A stretch of DNA of 64,000 bases from Squalus acanthias (taxonomy: Eukaryota), in contig JASTWF010000037.1 of the NCBI GenBank assembly GCA_030390025.1, forward strand, positions 62,001 through 126,000. The letters are read 5' to 3'. This document shows, piece after piece, positions 50,507-61,749 of this stretch. Within the stretch, counting starts at the first letter, position 1; every line of letters begins with the position of its first letter. The position numbers and the translations under genes were made by a program. The notes beneath the pieces were generated by a model that saw nothing but the letters and a program-made list of their open reading frames with translations, made no database searches and was not told the origin of the DNA.

Positions 50507-51347
50507 ATTAGCGCAGTGTAGTGTTATTGCCATGGTTACCTCACCCTCTACGAATGACATCCGACAGGTTACCTTTCTGTGCTGCTAGTTACCGCTCTGG
50601 TTAATGTCAGGCCCTGGTTACATGGGGATACCAGGGTCCGCCTTATAAAGAGCAAGAGTATGTTAACGAGAGGTGTAGCTCATGGGTAAAAAGTCAGAGG
50701 TTGCCATAGAGTTGGCACGTGACGTGAAACTGTGCCTTCCTCACAGTCGCCCGGGATTATATGAAAGCACTGTGAATAGCCCTAAGGTATGTTATTGCAG
50801 GGGAAAGGTTGGGGTGTGGGCCGTGACACTGAGTCGTGAGCAACAGACTGGGTAAGCGACGTCTGCTTGTCTACATGGGCTCCAGAAAGGTCATAGCGTC
50901 GGTACGCAAGTGGGAACTCGAGCTTACTCTCGCTCACGACAAGATGTTTGCCACCTTACCTGCCGTAAAGGCCAGGCCGCCTCGCGCACTTCTCAGCCTG
51001 TTCCTTTAACGGTTTCGACCCACTCCCCACCCCTGCGACTCATCTTAAAACCGTCTTAAAGGGCCACTGACCAGTGCTTAACTGCACAGAGAGCCTTAAA
51101 ATGGAGGTAACTCTGTGGCTGAACCCAGTGACTAGCTGTAGGAATCTCTTCAGCCTTCCCTCGTTTTATTGCAGATTTTTTATTGAAATTAAAATCCTCT
51201 GATGGAGCTGCTTCCTTGAGCCCCCTCCCCGCTAAATCCTCAACGCACAGCGGATGCAGTGAACCGACCTCAGCTTGTCACAAGCCATGTTTCTTTTATC
51301 CATCAGTTCCATTTTCTCTTTAACCCCCCTCCCCCCCTCTCTCCCTC

Positions 51348-51718
51348 GGGGTTTGCCAACTCTTGACTAAATGTGTTCCTGGAGGTTTCATCGCTTGACC
51401 CTCCCGCCTCCAACCGCCCCGTTCCCCCTCCCCCCCCCCCCTCACCCCTCGTCATTGGTCGCCTGTCCTGGCGGTGCCCCGCCTTCTCACACCAATTGGA
51501 CAGCGAGCAGACACTTCCGTCACCCGATTGGATGACTCTTGACTGTCAGCCAAATCCGCCATTTTCTTGCCCATCTCCGATATTTCTAAAAGGGAAAGCG
51601 TTGACGCTCTCCCCCACCCATGCCTTTCTCCCCGGGTATTGCTCGCGGGAGTGTCCTGGAGATTAACATTCAATTCCTGCAAACTCCAGGGCAATCCCGG
51701 AGAGTTGGCAACACCCTA
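51348..51718. mobile_element. hAT-like MITE, same family as 44691-45049
   Basis: GGTTTGCCAAC ... GTTGGCAACACCCTA termini; internal CCTGGAGGTTTCATC. Confidence 0.7.
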
Positions 51719-51799
51719 TCTCCTCCCCCGCCTCACGCGACCGCATAATCACTTTGCTTCGATGGTTTCCCGATACAGGTTCGCTGGCATTTCAGAACA

Positions 51800-52270
51800 A
51801 ACATAAGAACATAAACAGGAGCAGGAGTCGGCCAATCGGCCCCTCGAGCCTGCTCCGCCATTCAATAAGATCATGGCTGATCCAATCTTGGCCTCGACTC
51901 CACTTTCCCGCTCTCTTCCCATACCCCTCGACTCCCGTGTAGTTCAAATATCTGTCAATCTCCGCCTTGAATATATTCAATGACTCCGCCTCCACAGCTC
52001 TCTGGGGTAGAGAATTCCAAAGATTCACGACCCTCTGAGAGAAGAAATTCCTCCTCATCTCCGTCTTAAATGGGCGACCCCTTATTCTGAAACTGTGCCT
52101 CCTGGTTCTAGATTCCCCCACTAGGGGAAACATCCTCTCAGCATCTACCCTGTCAATCCCCCTCAGAATCTTATATGTTTCACTAAGATCACCTCTCATT
52201 CTTCTAAACTCCAATGAGTATCGGCCCAACCTGCTCGACCTTTCCTCATACGTCAACCCCCTTCATCCCA
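51800..52270 (-). mobile_element. CR1 3' fragment
   Basis: EFRRMRGDL..NFFSQRVVNLWNSLP. Confidence 0.9.
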
Positions 52271-53179
52271 AAATGCCGTGCAACTCGGGGGCGGGGGGGC
52301 TTTATAAAATCAAAAAGTAACTCCTTCGGCGTTTGAACATCACACCATCCATCCTCTGCGACCTACGCATTGCGCGACCGAGGAAGCAAAAAAAAAAAAA
52401 ATTAATTAAAAAAATAATAATTTCTAAAGTGCCTATCTGCGGGACAGCAATGTATATTTTCACATTCTTTCACTTTATTCCTTTCCTTAACTTGTCCCTT
52501 CTGGTAAACTCCGATGTAAAAAAAGAATTTAAAATATGAGTGGTGTGTGTTTTTTTTAAAGTAAGAGATTTATGGGGGGGCCGCTTCCTTTTCCCTTTCG
52601 CTCAGACTTACTGTACATAACGACACATATCAATAAAATAACTTCTCATTGGCCTCCCTGGGAGCCCGGTGATTTTTACTGGATGAATGGTTCCCGAAGC
52701 AACCTGCGCTTTCCTTGGGTTTTTTTGTAAATATTTCTGAGTGAAATATATATAATCTTTTCTTTTCCCTCTCTCTCTCTCGCAAAAAAAAAATTGCGTT
52801 TTAATGTTTGGAAAGAAACACGACTGTCCGACGTGAAGGCGGGTGACATAAAGATGCGTCGATGCTTGTTGTTGAGACATTTCCTGTTTTCTCTCTTGTC
52901 GATAATTTAGATGTCACTAATGCTGATTTGCAATAAAACTTTTCCCTGTATTATTGGTGGTGACCGGCACAAAAGTCTTTTCTAACTTAAGCCTGCCCTG
53001 GTACAAGGCCAGTGAATCTCTCAGGGTTTCGCCGATGAATAGAAGATACTGTTCTCCTTGTGAGGTGTCGACGCAGTCAGATAGAACGTTCAGCACGGAC
53101 ACAGGTCCCCACGAGCATCCTCCCGCCCTACTTCATCTCACCCGACCAACATACTCCTTTCTCCCGCCTGTCTTTAGAG

Positions 53180-53790
53180 CCATAGAGTCATACAGCACAG
53201 AAAGAGGCCCTTCGGCCCATCGTGTCCGTGCCGGCCATCAAGCCCTGTCTATTCTAATCCCATTTTCCAGCACTCGGTCCGTAGCCTTGTATGCTATGGC
53301 GTTTCAAGTGCTCATCTAAATGCTTCTTGAATGTTGTGAGGGTTCCTGCCTCTACCACCCTTTCAGGCAGTGAGTTCCAGATTCCAACCACCCTCTGGGT
53401 GAAAAAGTTTTTCCTCAAATCCCCTCTAAACCTCCTGCCCCTTACCCTGAAACTATGCCCCCTGGTTATTGACCCCTCTACTAAGGGGAAAAGTTCCTTT
53501 CGATCTACCCTATCTATGCCCCTCATAATTTTTCTAGCTTCCCCTTAAATGCATCTCTGCTATTCATCTCAACTACTCCCTATCTTAGCGAGTTCCACAT
53601 TCTCACCACTCTCTGGGTAAAGAGGTTTCTTCTGCATTCCCTATTGGATTTATTAGTGACTATCTTATATTTATGACCCCCCCTAGTTTTGGTCTCCCCC
53701 CACGAAGTGGAAACATCTTCTCTACGTCTACCCTATTGATGCGCTTCACAATCTTACAAGACTTCTATCAGGTCACCCCTCAGCCTAGCC
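53180..53790 (-). mobile_element. Nested CR1 3' fragments
   Basis: NFFTQRVVGIWNSLPERVVEA followed by an older copy. Confidence 0.85.
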
Positions 53791-54554
53791 TTTTCGAGAG
53801 AGACTTTAGAAATTCACTCCGCCACGCCACCTACTGGCCAGAGCCCGCAACTACACAGTGACAGGCTACTGTTTACATACAGTACCTCCATTCATAAATG
53901 TTTGACATAAAAGCACGGCTAAAATAATCTTACAGCAGGAAGTGCACGCAAGGTCGTGGGTTCGAGTCCCACTCCAGAGGCTTGAGCACATAATTTAGGC
54001 TGGCGATTCAGTGCAGTACTGATGGAGTGCTGCACTGCTGGAGGAGATGTTAAACCGAGGCCTTGTTCTGCTGTTTAAAGATCCCACGGCACGATTTGAA
54101 GAGCAGGGAGCCCCCCCCCCCCCCCCCCCCGATGTCGTGGCCAAGATTCGCCCCTCAACCGACACCACCAAAAACACGTTAGTTAGTCACTTGGTTCATG
54201 GCTGCTTGTGCACAAAATGGCTGCCGTGTTTGCACTCACAGTAACAATGCCCTTCAAAGTATCTCTTCGTACATGAAGTTCTCTGAGACCTTGCTGAGAG
54301 ATGTGAGAAGGGTCACTGCAGAGTATTGAGGTGTTTAGTTCCCTGCCAATCACCCTTTCAATCCCATTGACATTCCACACTGGGGAATGACCATATTTGA
54401 TTCATGGTGCCAGACTGCCCCTTCAGTTCCTCGTCCTTAAAACGGGCTTTGGGTTCGGAAGAACGGTTTGTAAAGAAGTCCAAGGGGAGGTAGAGATCCC
54501 CATGATGGCTCGCCGTGTTCAAACCAGACCACCGACCTCAAACTCCACTGTGTT

Positions 54555-55465
54555 ACAGCTGCTTTATCAATGACCTTCCCTCCAACATATGGTCAGAAAT
54601 GGGTGATGACTGCACAGTGCTCAGCGCCATTTACAACTCCTCAGATAATGAAGCAGTCCATGCCCGCATGCAACAAGACCTGGACGACGCTCAGGCTTGC
54701 GCTGATAAGTGCCAGGCAACATTCGTGCCACACAAGTGCCAGGCAATGACTATCTCCAACAAGTGAGAGTCTAACCACCGCACCTTGACATTCAACGACA
54801 TTACCATCACCGAATCCCCCACCATCAACATCCTGGGGGTCACCATTGACCAGAAACTTAACTGGACCAGCCACATAAATACTGTGGCAACAAGAGCAGG
54901 TCAGAGGCTGGGTATTCTGTGGCGAGTGTCTCACTTCCTGATTCCCCAAAGCCTTTCCACCATCTACAAGGCACAAGTAAGAGTGTGATGGAATACTCTC
55001 CACTTGCCTGGATGAGTGCAGCTCCAACAACACTCAAGAAGCTCGACACCATCCAAGACAAAGCAGCCCGCTTGATTGGCACCCCATCCACCACCTTAAA
55101 CATTCACTCCCTCCACCACCGGCGTACCGTGGCTGAAGTGTGTACCATCTACAAGATGCACTGCAGCAACTCGCCAAGGCTTCTTCGGCAGCACCTCCCA
55201 AACCCGCGATCTCTTCCACCTAGAAGGACAAGGGCAGCAGACGCATGGGAACACCACCACCTCCAAATTCCCCTCCGAGTCACACACACCATCCTGACTT
55301 AGAAGTATATTGGCCGATCCTTCATCGTCGCTGGGTCAAAATCCTGGAACTCCCTCCCTAACAGCACTGTTGGAGCACCTTCACCACACGGACTGCAGCG
55401 GTTCAAGAAGGCAGCTCACCACTACCTTCTCAAGGGGCAATTAGGGTCGGGCAATAAATGCTCCC
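54555..55465 (+). mobile_element. Degraded CR1-group (Zenon-like) LINE 3' part
   Basis: FINDLP, ILGVTIDQKLNW, IYKAQVR, MEYSPLAW and HSLHHRR motifs; stops and frameshifts. Confidence 0.8.
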
Positions 55466-55789
55466 ATAAACGAATTTTAAAAAAGTGCACATTCTACATT
55501 GGGCTCCTCACGTGTTTTTATTCTGTCCATGGGTGTTGTTGCCGTAACAATATGCGTGGCAAAATCGCTCGAGCGTGTTTGCTCCCCATTGACTCAGATA
55601 GAGACCAATCGTTTTCCCTACCTCTCCACCCATTTCTGCACCCCGTCCCCCGGATATCACCCCTCATCTCCTGAGAGCATTGATTCTCACTCAGGGAGGA
55701 GTTCCATAGGTGCCTGATGCAAAGACACCTCGCATTTATACAGTGCCTTTAACGTAGTAAAACGTCCCAAGGCACTTCACAGGAGCGAT

Positions 55790-56715
55790 TCATAGAAGAT
55801 AGGAGCAGGAGTAGGCCATTCGGCCCCTTGAGCCTGCTCCGTCATTTAATGAGATCATGGCTGATCATCCAAATTCAGTACCCTGTCCCTGCCTTCTCCC
55901 CATATCCCTTGATCCCTTTAGCCTTAAGAAATATATCTAACTCCTTCTTGAATATATTTAATGAGTTGGCCTCAACTGCCTTCTGTGGTAGAGAATTCCA
56001 CAGGTTCACCACTCTTTGGGTGAAGAAATTCCTCCTCATCTCTGTCCTAAATGGCTTACCCCTTATCCTTAGACTGTGACCCCTGGTTCTGGACTCCCCA
56101 GCCATCGGGAACATCCTTCCTGCATCTAGTCTGTCTAGTCCTGTTAGAATTTTATAAGTTTCAATGAGATCTGCTCATTCTTCTAAACTCAAGCGAGTAT
56201 AAGCCCAATCGACCCAATCTCTCCTCATACGTCATTCCTGCCATCCCAGGTATCAGTCTGGTGAATCTCCGCTGCACTCCCTCCATGGCAAGAACATCCT
56301 TCCTCAGATAAGGCGACCAAAACTGCACACAATACTCAAGATGTGGTCTCACCAAGGCCCTGTACAACTGCAGCAAGACATCCTTGTTCCTGTACTCGAA
56401 TCCTCTCGCTACGAAGGCCAACATACCATTTGCCTTCTTAACCGCCTGCTGCACCTGCATGCTTACCTTCAGCGACTGGTGCACAAGGACACCCAGGTCT
56501 CGTTGCACTTCCCCTTCTCCCAATCTATTGCCGTTCAGATAATAATCTGCCTTCCTGTTTTTGCCACCAAAGTGGATAACCTCGCGTTTATCCACATTAT
56601 ACTGCATTTGCCATGCATCTGCCCAATCACCCAACCTATCCAAATCATACTGGAGTTTCTCGGCATCCTCCTCACAGCACACACGCCCACCCAGCTTTGT
56701 GTCGTCTGCAAACTT
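55790..56715 (-). mobile_element. CR1 fragment inserted in an L2 tail (L2 at 55730-55790 and 56720-57143)
   Basis: KFADDTK..RPHLEYCVQFWSP; frameshift near 56170. Confidence 0.93.
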
Positions 56716-57156
56716 TGTGTCGTTATCAAACAAAAATTTGACACCGAGCCACATAAAGAGTTATTAGGACAGGTGACCAAAAGCTTGGTCAAAGAGGTAG
56801 GTTTTATCGGAGGAGTGTCTTAACGGAGAAGGTAGAAGTTTAGGGAGGGAGTTTCCAGAGCGTAGGGCCCAGGGAGCGGAAGGCACGGCCACCAATGTTT
56901 GAGCAATTAAAATCAGGGGTTGCACAAGAGGCCTGAATTGAAGGAGCACAGAGTTCTCGGAGGGGTTGTAGGGCCGGAGGAGGTTACAGAGATAGGGAGG
57001 GGGGGGGGGGGCGAGGGCCACGGAGGGATTTGAACACAAGGATGAGAATTTTCAAGTCGAGGCGTTGCCGGACCGGGAGCCAATGTAGGTGAGCGAGCGC
57101 AGGGGTGGGGTGGGGGGGGGGACGTGATAGGTGAACGGGACTTCGGATGAGGTGCC

Positions 57157-59371
57157 TGACACCGTCTAGCGCCTCATCCAAATGGCCGCTCCTTCCCTGG
57201 GTGAACCCTGAGGTTGAGTGTCATCCTGGGGAGATCAGAGCCGAGCTCTCTCCTATCTTGGACTCGCACCCCTTCCACCAGGAGCCACTGAGTACCGTTC
57301 AACGTAAGAAAACTACTAGGCACTTGGTCTAAGCGTTAAACAAACCTTTAATCAACTGTTTTCCAACATGGAGATCTAGTTGTGTCCTTCACTAGTTCCT
57401 GTTGCGGAATGTCCTAAGCAAGCTGGGCCCATGCCCGAGTATTTATACTCTCCATGGACAGCGCCACCAGCAGGCTGCCCAGTATTACTTCATACAAGAT
57501 TCATGTCACCGTTCATGGGGAAGAAACCCTGGCAGATTTTGTTCACCCTCTCTAGGCCTTAATATAGCGTCCCCCTCGGTGGCACGCCAATCGGGATGCG
57601 TCGATCCAGCGCAGGCCGGGGATAGTACCTGAGTTGCTCCTGCCCGGTATAGCTCAGAGCCACACTGGGTCGTCCAGGCAGAAGCTAAGCCCATTGATAG
57701 CCCAGGGTGTAGTATCCCCAACTGGTGTCCACGGAAAGAAGGCTTTTAAACGATTCCCCATAGGTTCCAATGGAGAGGCTCCTGTAAAAGGGGTCCTGAT
57801 GATAAGTGTCCCTTTTAAAGGGGTCCTGATGGCTAGTGTCCCTTTTAAGACGGTGAACACCCCTTTTAAAGGGGTTCCTGATGGTCTAACCCACTCTTTA
57901 AGAATTCCCAAGGCAGCCGATATTTTGGGGTTTCTTTCCCCGAGGTGCTTTTGGCATTAGAAACATAGAAAAATAGGAGCAGGAGTGGGCCATTCGGCCC
58001 TTCGAGCCTGCTCCGCCATTCAATATGATCATGGCTGATCCTCTATCTCAATACCATATTCCCGCTCTCCCCATTCCCCTTGATGCCTTTTGTGTCTAGA
58101 AATCTATCTGTCTCCTTCTTAAATATATTCAGTGACTTGGCCTCCACAGCCTTCTGTGGTAGAGAATTCCACAGGTTCACCACCCTCTGAGTGAAGACAT
58201 TTCTCCTCATCTCAGTCCTAAATGTCCTACCCCGTATCCTGAGACTGTGACCCCCTCGTTCTAGACACCCCCCCAGCCAGGGGAAACATCCTCCCTGCAT
58301 CCAGTCTGTCTAGCCCTGTCAGAATTTTATACGTTTCCACGAGATCCCCTCTCATTCTTCTAAACTCTAGTGAATACAGGCCTCGTCGACCCAATCTCTC
58401 TTCATAGGACAGTCCTGCCATCCCAGGAATCAGTTTGGTGAACCTTCGTTGCACTTCCTCTATGGCCAAGTATATCCTTTCTTAGGTAAGGAGACCAAAA
58501 CTGCACACAGTACTCCAGGAGTGGTCTCACCAAGGCCTGTATAACTGTAGTAAGACATCCTTGCTCCTGTACTCAAATCCTCTTGCAATGAAGGCCAACA
58601 TGCCATTTGCCTTCCTAACTGCTTGCTGCACCTGCATGTTTGCTTTCAGTGACTGGTGTACAAGGACACCCAGGTCCCTTTGTACATCAACATTTCCCAT
58701 ACTATCACCATTTAAATAATACTCTGTTTTTCTGTTTTTCCTACCGAAGTGGATAACTTCACATTTATCCACGTTATACTGCATCTGCCATGTATTTGCC
58801 CACTCACTCAACTTGTCTAAATTGCCTTGAAGCCTCTTTGCATCCTCCTCACAACTCACAATCCCACCTAGTTTTGTGTCGTCAGCAAACTTGGATATAG
58901 TACATTTGGTTCCCTTATCCAAATCATTGATATATATTGTGAATAGCTGGGGCCCAAGCACTGATCCCTGCGGTACCCCACTAGTCACCGCCTGCCACCC
59001 CGAAAAAGACCCATTTATTCCTACTCTCTGTTTCCTGTCTGTTAACCAATTTTCAATCCATGCCAGTATATTACCCCCAATCCCATGTGCTTTAATTTTT
59101 CACACTAACCTCTTATGTGTGACTTTATCAAAGGCCTTCTGAAAATCCAAATACACCACATCCACTAGTTCTCCCTGATCTATTCCACCAGTTACATCCT
59201 CAAGAAACTCCAGTAGGTTTGTCAAACACGATTTCCCTTTCATAAATCCATGTTGACTTTGTCTAATCCCGTTGATATTTTCTAAGTGTCCTGTTATCAC
59301 ATCCTTTATAATTGTTGCATTGTTGCTTCGTGGACTGAATTCAATCCCATTGTAACCAGGTGCTGTGTACA
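57157..59371 (-). mobile_element. Candidate solo LTR interrupted by a CR1
   Basis: TG...CA ends, GTGCC on both flanks, TATA box then ATTAAA on the minus strand, 30-bp tandem repeats upstream. Confidence 0.45.
57958..59310 (-). mobile_element. CR1 RT fragment with frameshifts
   Basis: QHGFMKGKSCLTNLLEF, GVPQGSVLGP, KFADDTK. Confidence 0.95.
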
Positions 59372-59878
59372 GTGCCGCATGTTTAGACACAACATGTGCC
59401 AGAACGTAACGCAACACACACGTTTACTCAAAACATGACCAGTGCTTGGTTGCTCAACCTCATGCCAGGTTGAACTCAAAGTTCAAGCCCAGTCTTATCG
59501 AATAAATAAAAAGACACAGGTGCTCATCACGGTGCAGCATTGATAGGTGGTGCAATAGGTTAACCTCTGCCCTTTCTCCTTTTCAGCCTGGGTTCCAATC
59601 CAGCTTAAACAGGTGGCTTAATGCCTCTGCTCTGTCTTTGCAGAAATGATACAGCACAGAAGGAGGCCATTCAGCCCATCGTGCCTGTGCCGGCTCTTTG
59701 AAAGAGCACTCCAATTAGTCCCGCTCTCCCCCTGCTCTTTCCCCACAGCCCTGCAAATTTTTCCCCTTCAAGTATTTATCCAATTCCCCTTTTGAAAGTT
59801 ACTATTGAACCTGCTTCCACCACCCTTTCAGGCAGCGCATTCCAGATCACAACAACTCGCTGCGTAAAAACAATCTCC

Positions 59879-60378
59879 NNNNNNNNNNNNNNNNNNNNNN
59901 NNNNNNNNNNNNNNNNNNNNNNNNNNNNNNNNNNNNNNNNNNNNNNNNNNNNNNNNNNNNNNNNNNNNNNNNNNNNNNNNNNNNNNNNNNNNNNNNNNNN
60001 NNNNNNNNNNNNNNNNNNNNNNNNNNNNNNNNNNNNNNNNNNNNNNNNNNNNNNNNNNNNNNNNNNNNNNNNNNNNNNNNNNNNNNNNNNNNNNNNNNNN
60101 NNNNNNNNNNNNNNNNNNNNNNNNNNNNNNNNNNNNNNNNNNNNNNNNNNNNNNNNNNNNNNNNNNNNNNNNNNNNNNNNNNNNNNNNNNNNNNNNNNNN
60201 NNNNNNNNNNNNNNNNNNNNNNNNNNNNNNNNNNNNNNNNNNNNNNNNNNNNNNNNNNNNNNNNNNNNNNNNNNNNNNNNNNNNNNNNNNNNNNNNNNNN
60301 NNNNNNNNNNNNNNNNNNNNNNNNNNNNNNNNNNNNNNNNNNNNNNNNNNNNNNNNNNNNNNNNNNNNNNNNNNNNNN
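59879..60378. other. Assembly gap (500 N)
   Basis: Directly visible; round size suggests a scaffolding placeholder. Confidence 0.99.
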
Positions 60379-60719
60379 CTCCCCCTCTCCCCCCTAGAGG
60401 TGAAATCTGCCACAGTCGATTCTTCACATAAAATCTGGTTTCCCATCTTTGTATTCAGGACCTGATTGAAAGGGAAAATCACTGTGGCGCGGGTGGAGAC
60501 TGAAGTTTGATCACATAATCTGGCTGTGCACTGATCGCTCAGACTCAACACTTCCATCTCTGCGGAATACCAGGAACAATGTGTTCTCAGCTATCAGGAC
60601 AAGACTCATCTTCGAAACTGTCATTGAATGAATTAAACATTGAGACAATTTATGATCATTTAAAGCACACTTCATCTCAACACTTAAGTGGCCTCATGTG
60701 GCTCCTGCCCAAAATCATC

Positions 60720-61030
60720 AGCCAGTCCCGAATCAGCCAAAACTTCCTCCAATTAAACATTGGGAAGATTGAAGCTATTGTCTTCGGTCCCCGCCACAAA
60801 ATCCGTTCCCTCACCACCGATTCCATCGCTCTCCCAGGCCACTGTCTCAGGAAGAACCAGATTGTTCACAACCTTGGCGTCCTATCTGACCCTGAGGTGA
60901 GTTTCCGATCCCGATATCGTCTCCATCACAAATACCGCCTACTTCCACCTCTGTAACGTCGCCCGTCTCGGCCCCTGCTCAGCTCATCTGCTCCTGAAAC
61001 CCTTATCCACGCCATTGTTACCTCTAGACT
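60720..61030 (+). mobile_element. L2 internal RT fragment
   Basis: NFLQLNIGKIEAIVFG..VHNLGV. Confidence 0.8.
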
Positions 61031-61032
61031 AT

Positions 61033-61471
61033 GTCTAACCCGTGCTGTACCTGCCCTGGGAGTGTTTGATGGGACAGTGTAGAGGGAGCTTTACTCTGTA
61101 TCTAACTCGTGCTGTACCTGCCCTGGGAGTGTTTGATGGGACAGTGTAGAGGGAGGTTTACTCTGTATCTAACCCGAGCTGTACCTGCCCCGGGAGTGTT
61201 TGATGGGGACAGTGTAGAGGGAGCTTTACTCTGTATCTAACCCATGCTGTACCTGCCCTGGGAGTGTTTGATGGGACAGTGTAGAGGGAGCTTTACTTTG
61301 TATCTAACCTGTGCTGTACCTGCCCTGGGAGTGTTTGATGGGACAGTGTAGAGGGAGCTTTACTCTGTATCTAACCCATGCTGTACCTGCCCTGGGAGTG
61401 TTTGATGGGACAGTGTAGAGGGAGCTTTACTCTGTATCTAACCTGTGCTATACCTGCCCTGAGAGTGTTTG
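61033..61471. repeat. 67-bp satellite array, about 6.5 units
   Basis: Same unit and orientation as 36661-37265. Confidence 0.95.
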
Positions 61472-61749
61472 AAGTGACAATAACTCCCCCTGTATAATTC
61501 ACCCCATCTCCCTGTACACTCCCCCCTGTATCTCTCTCCCTCTGTGAAACTCCTTCCCTCCCCCTTGGTGAAACTCCACAGCCCCCCTGTATAAGACTCC
61601 CATATATCTCCATCCATGTATAATCGCCCCCGCCCTGTCAATCTCCCTCCCCACTGCTGGTGAAACTCTATTTTGCCCCTTGTGTGACTCACTTACCTGG
61701 TATGGCTCCAACTCACGACCCTCTTTAATTTGGTTTAATTCATGTCCAG

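Noticed and set aside
49483..50521. Ser/Thr/His-rich ORFs resembling mucins
   Set aside because: Unit length varies by 2 bp through (CA)n, shifting frame repeatedly.
50800..50850. GGGCCGTGACACTG resembling the miR-128 5p arm
   Set aside because: No downstream TCACAGTGAACC arm and no hairpin.
59792..60557. ORFs spanning 59.8-60.5 kb
   Set aside because: They run through the N gap.
61691..61700. ACTTACCTGG resembling the U1 snRNA 5' end
   Set aside because: The rest of U1 is absent; equally a chance minus-strand donor.
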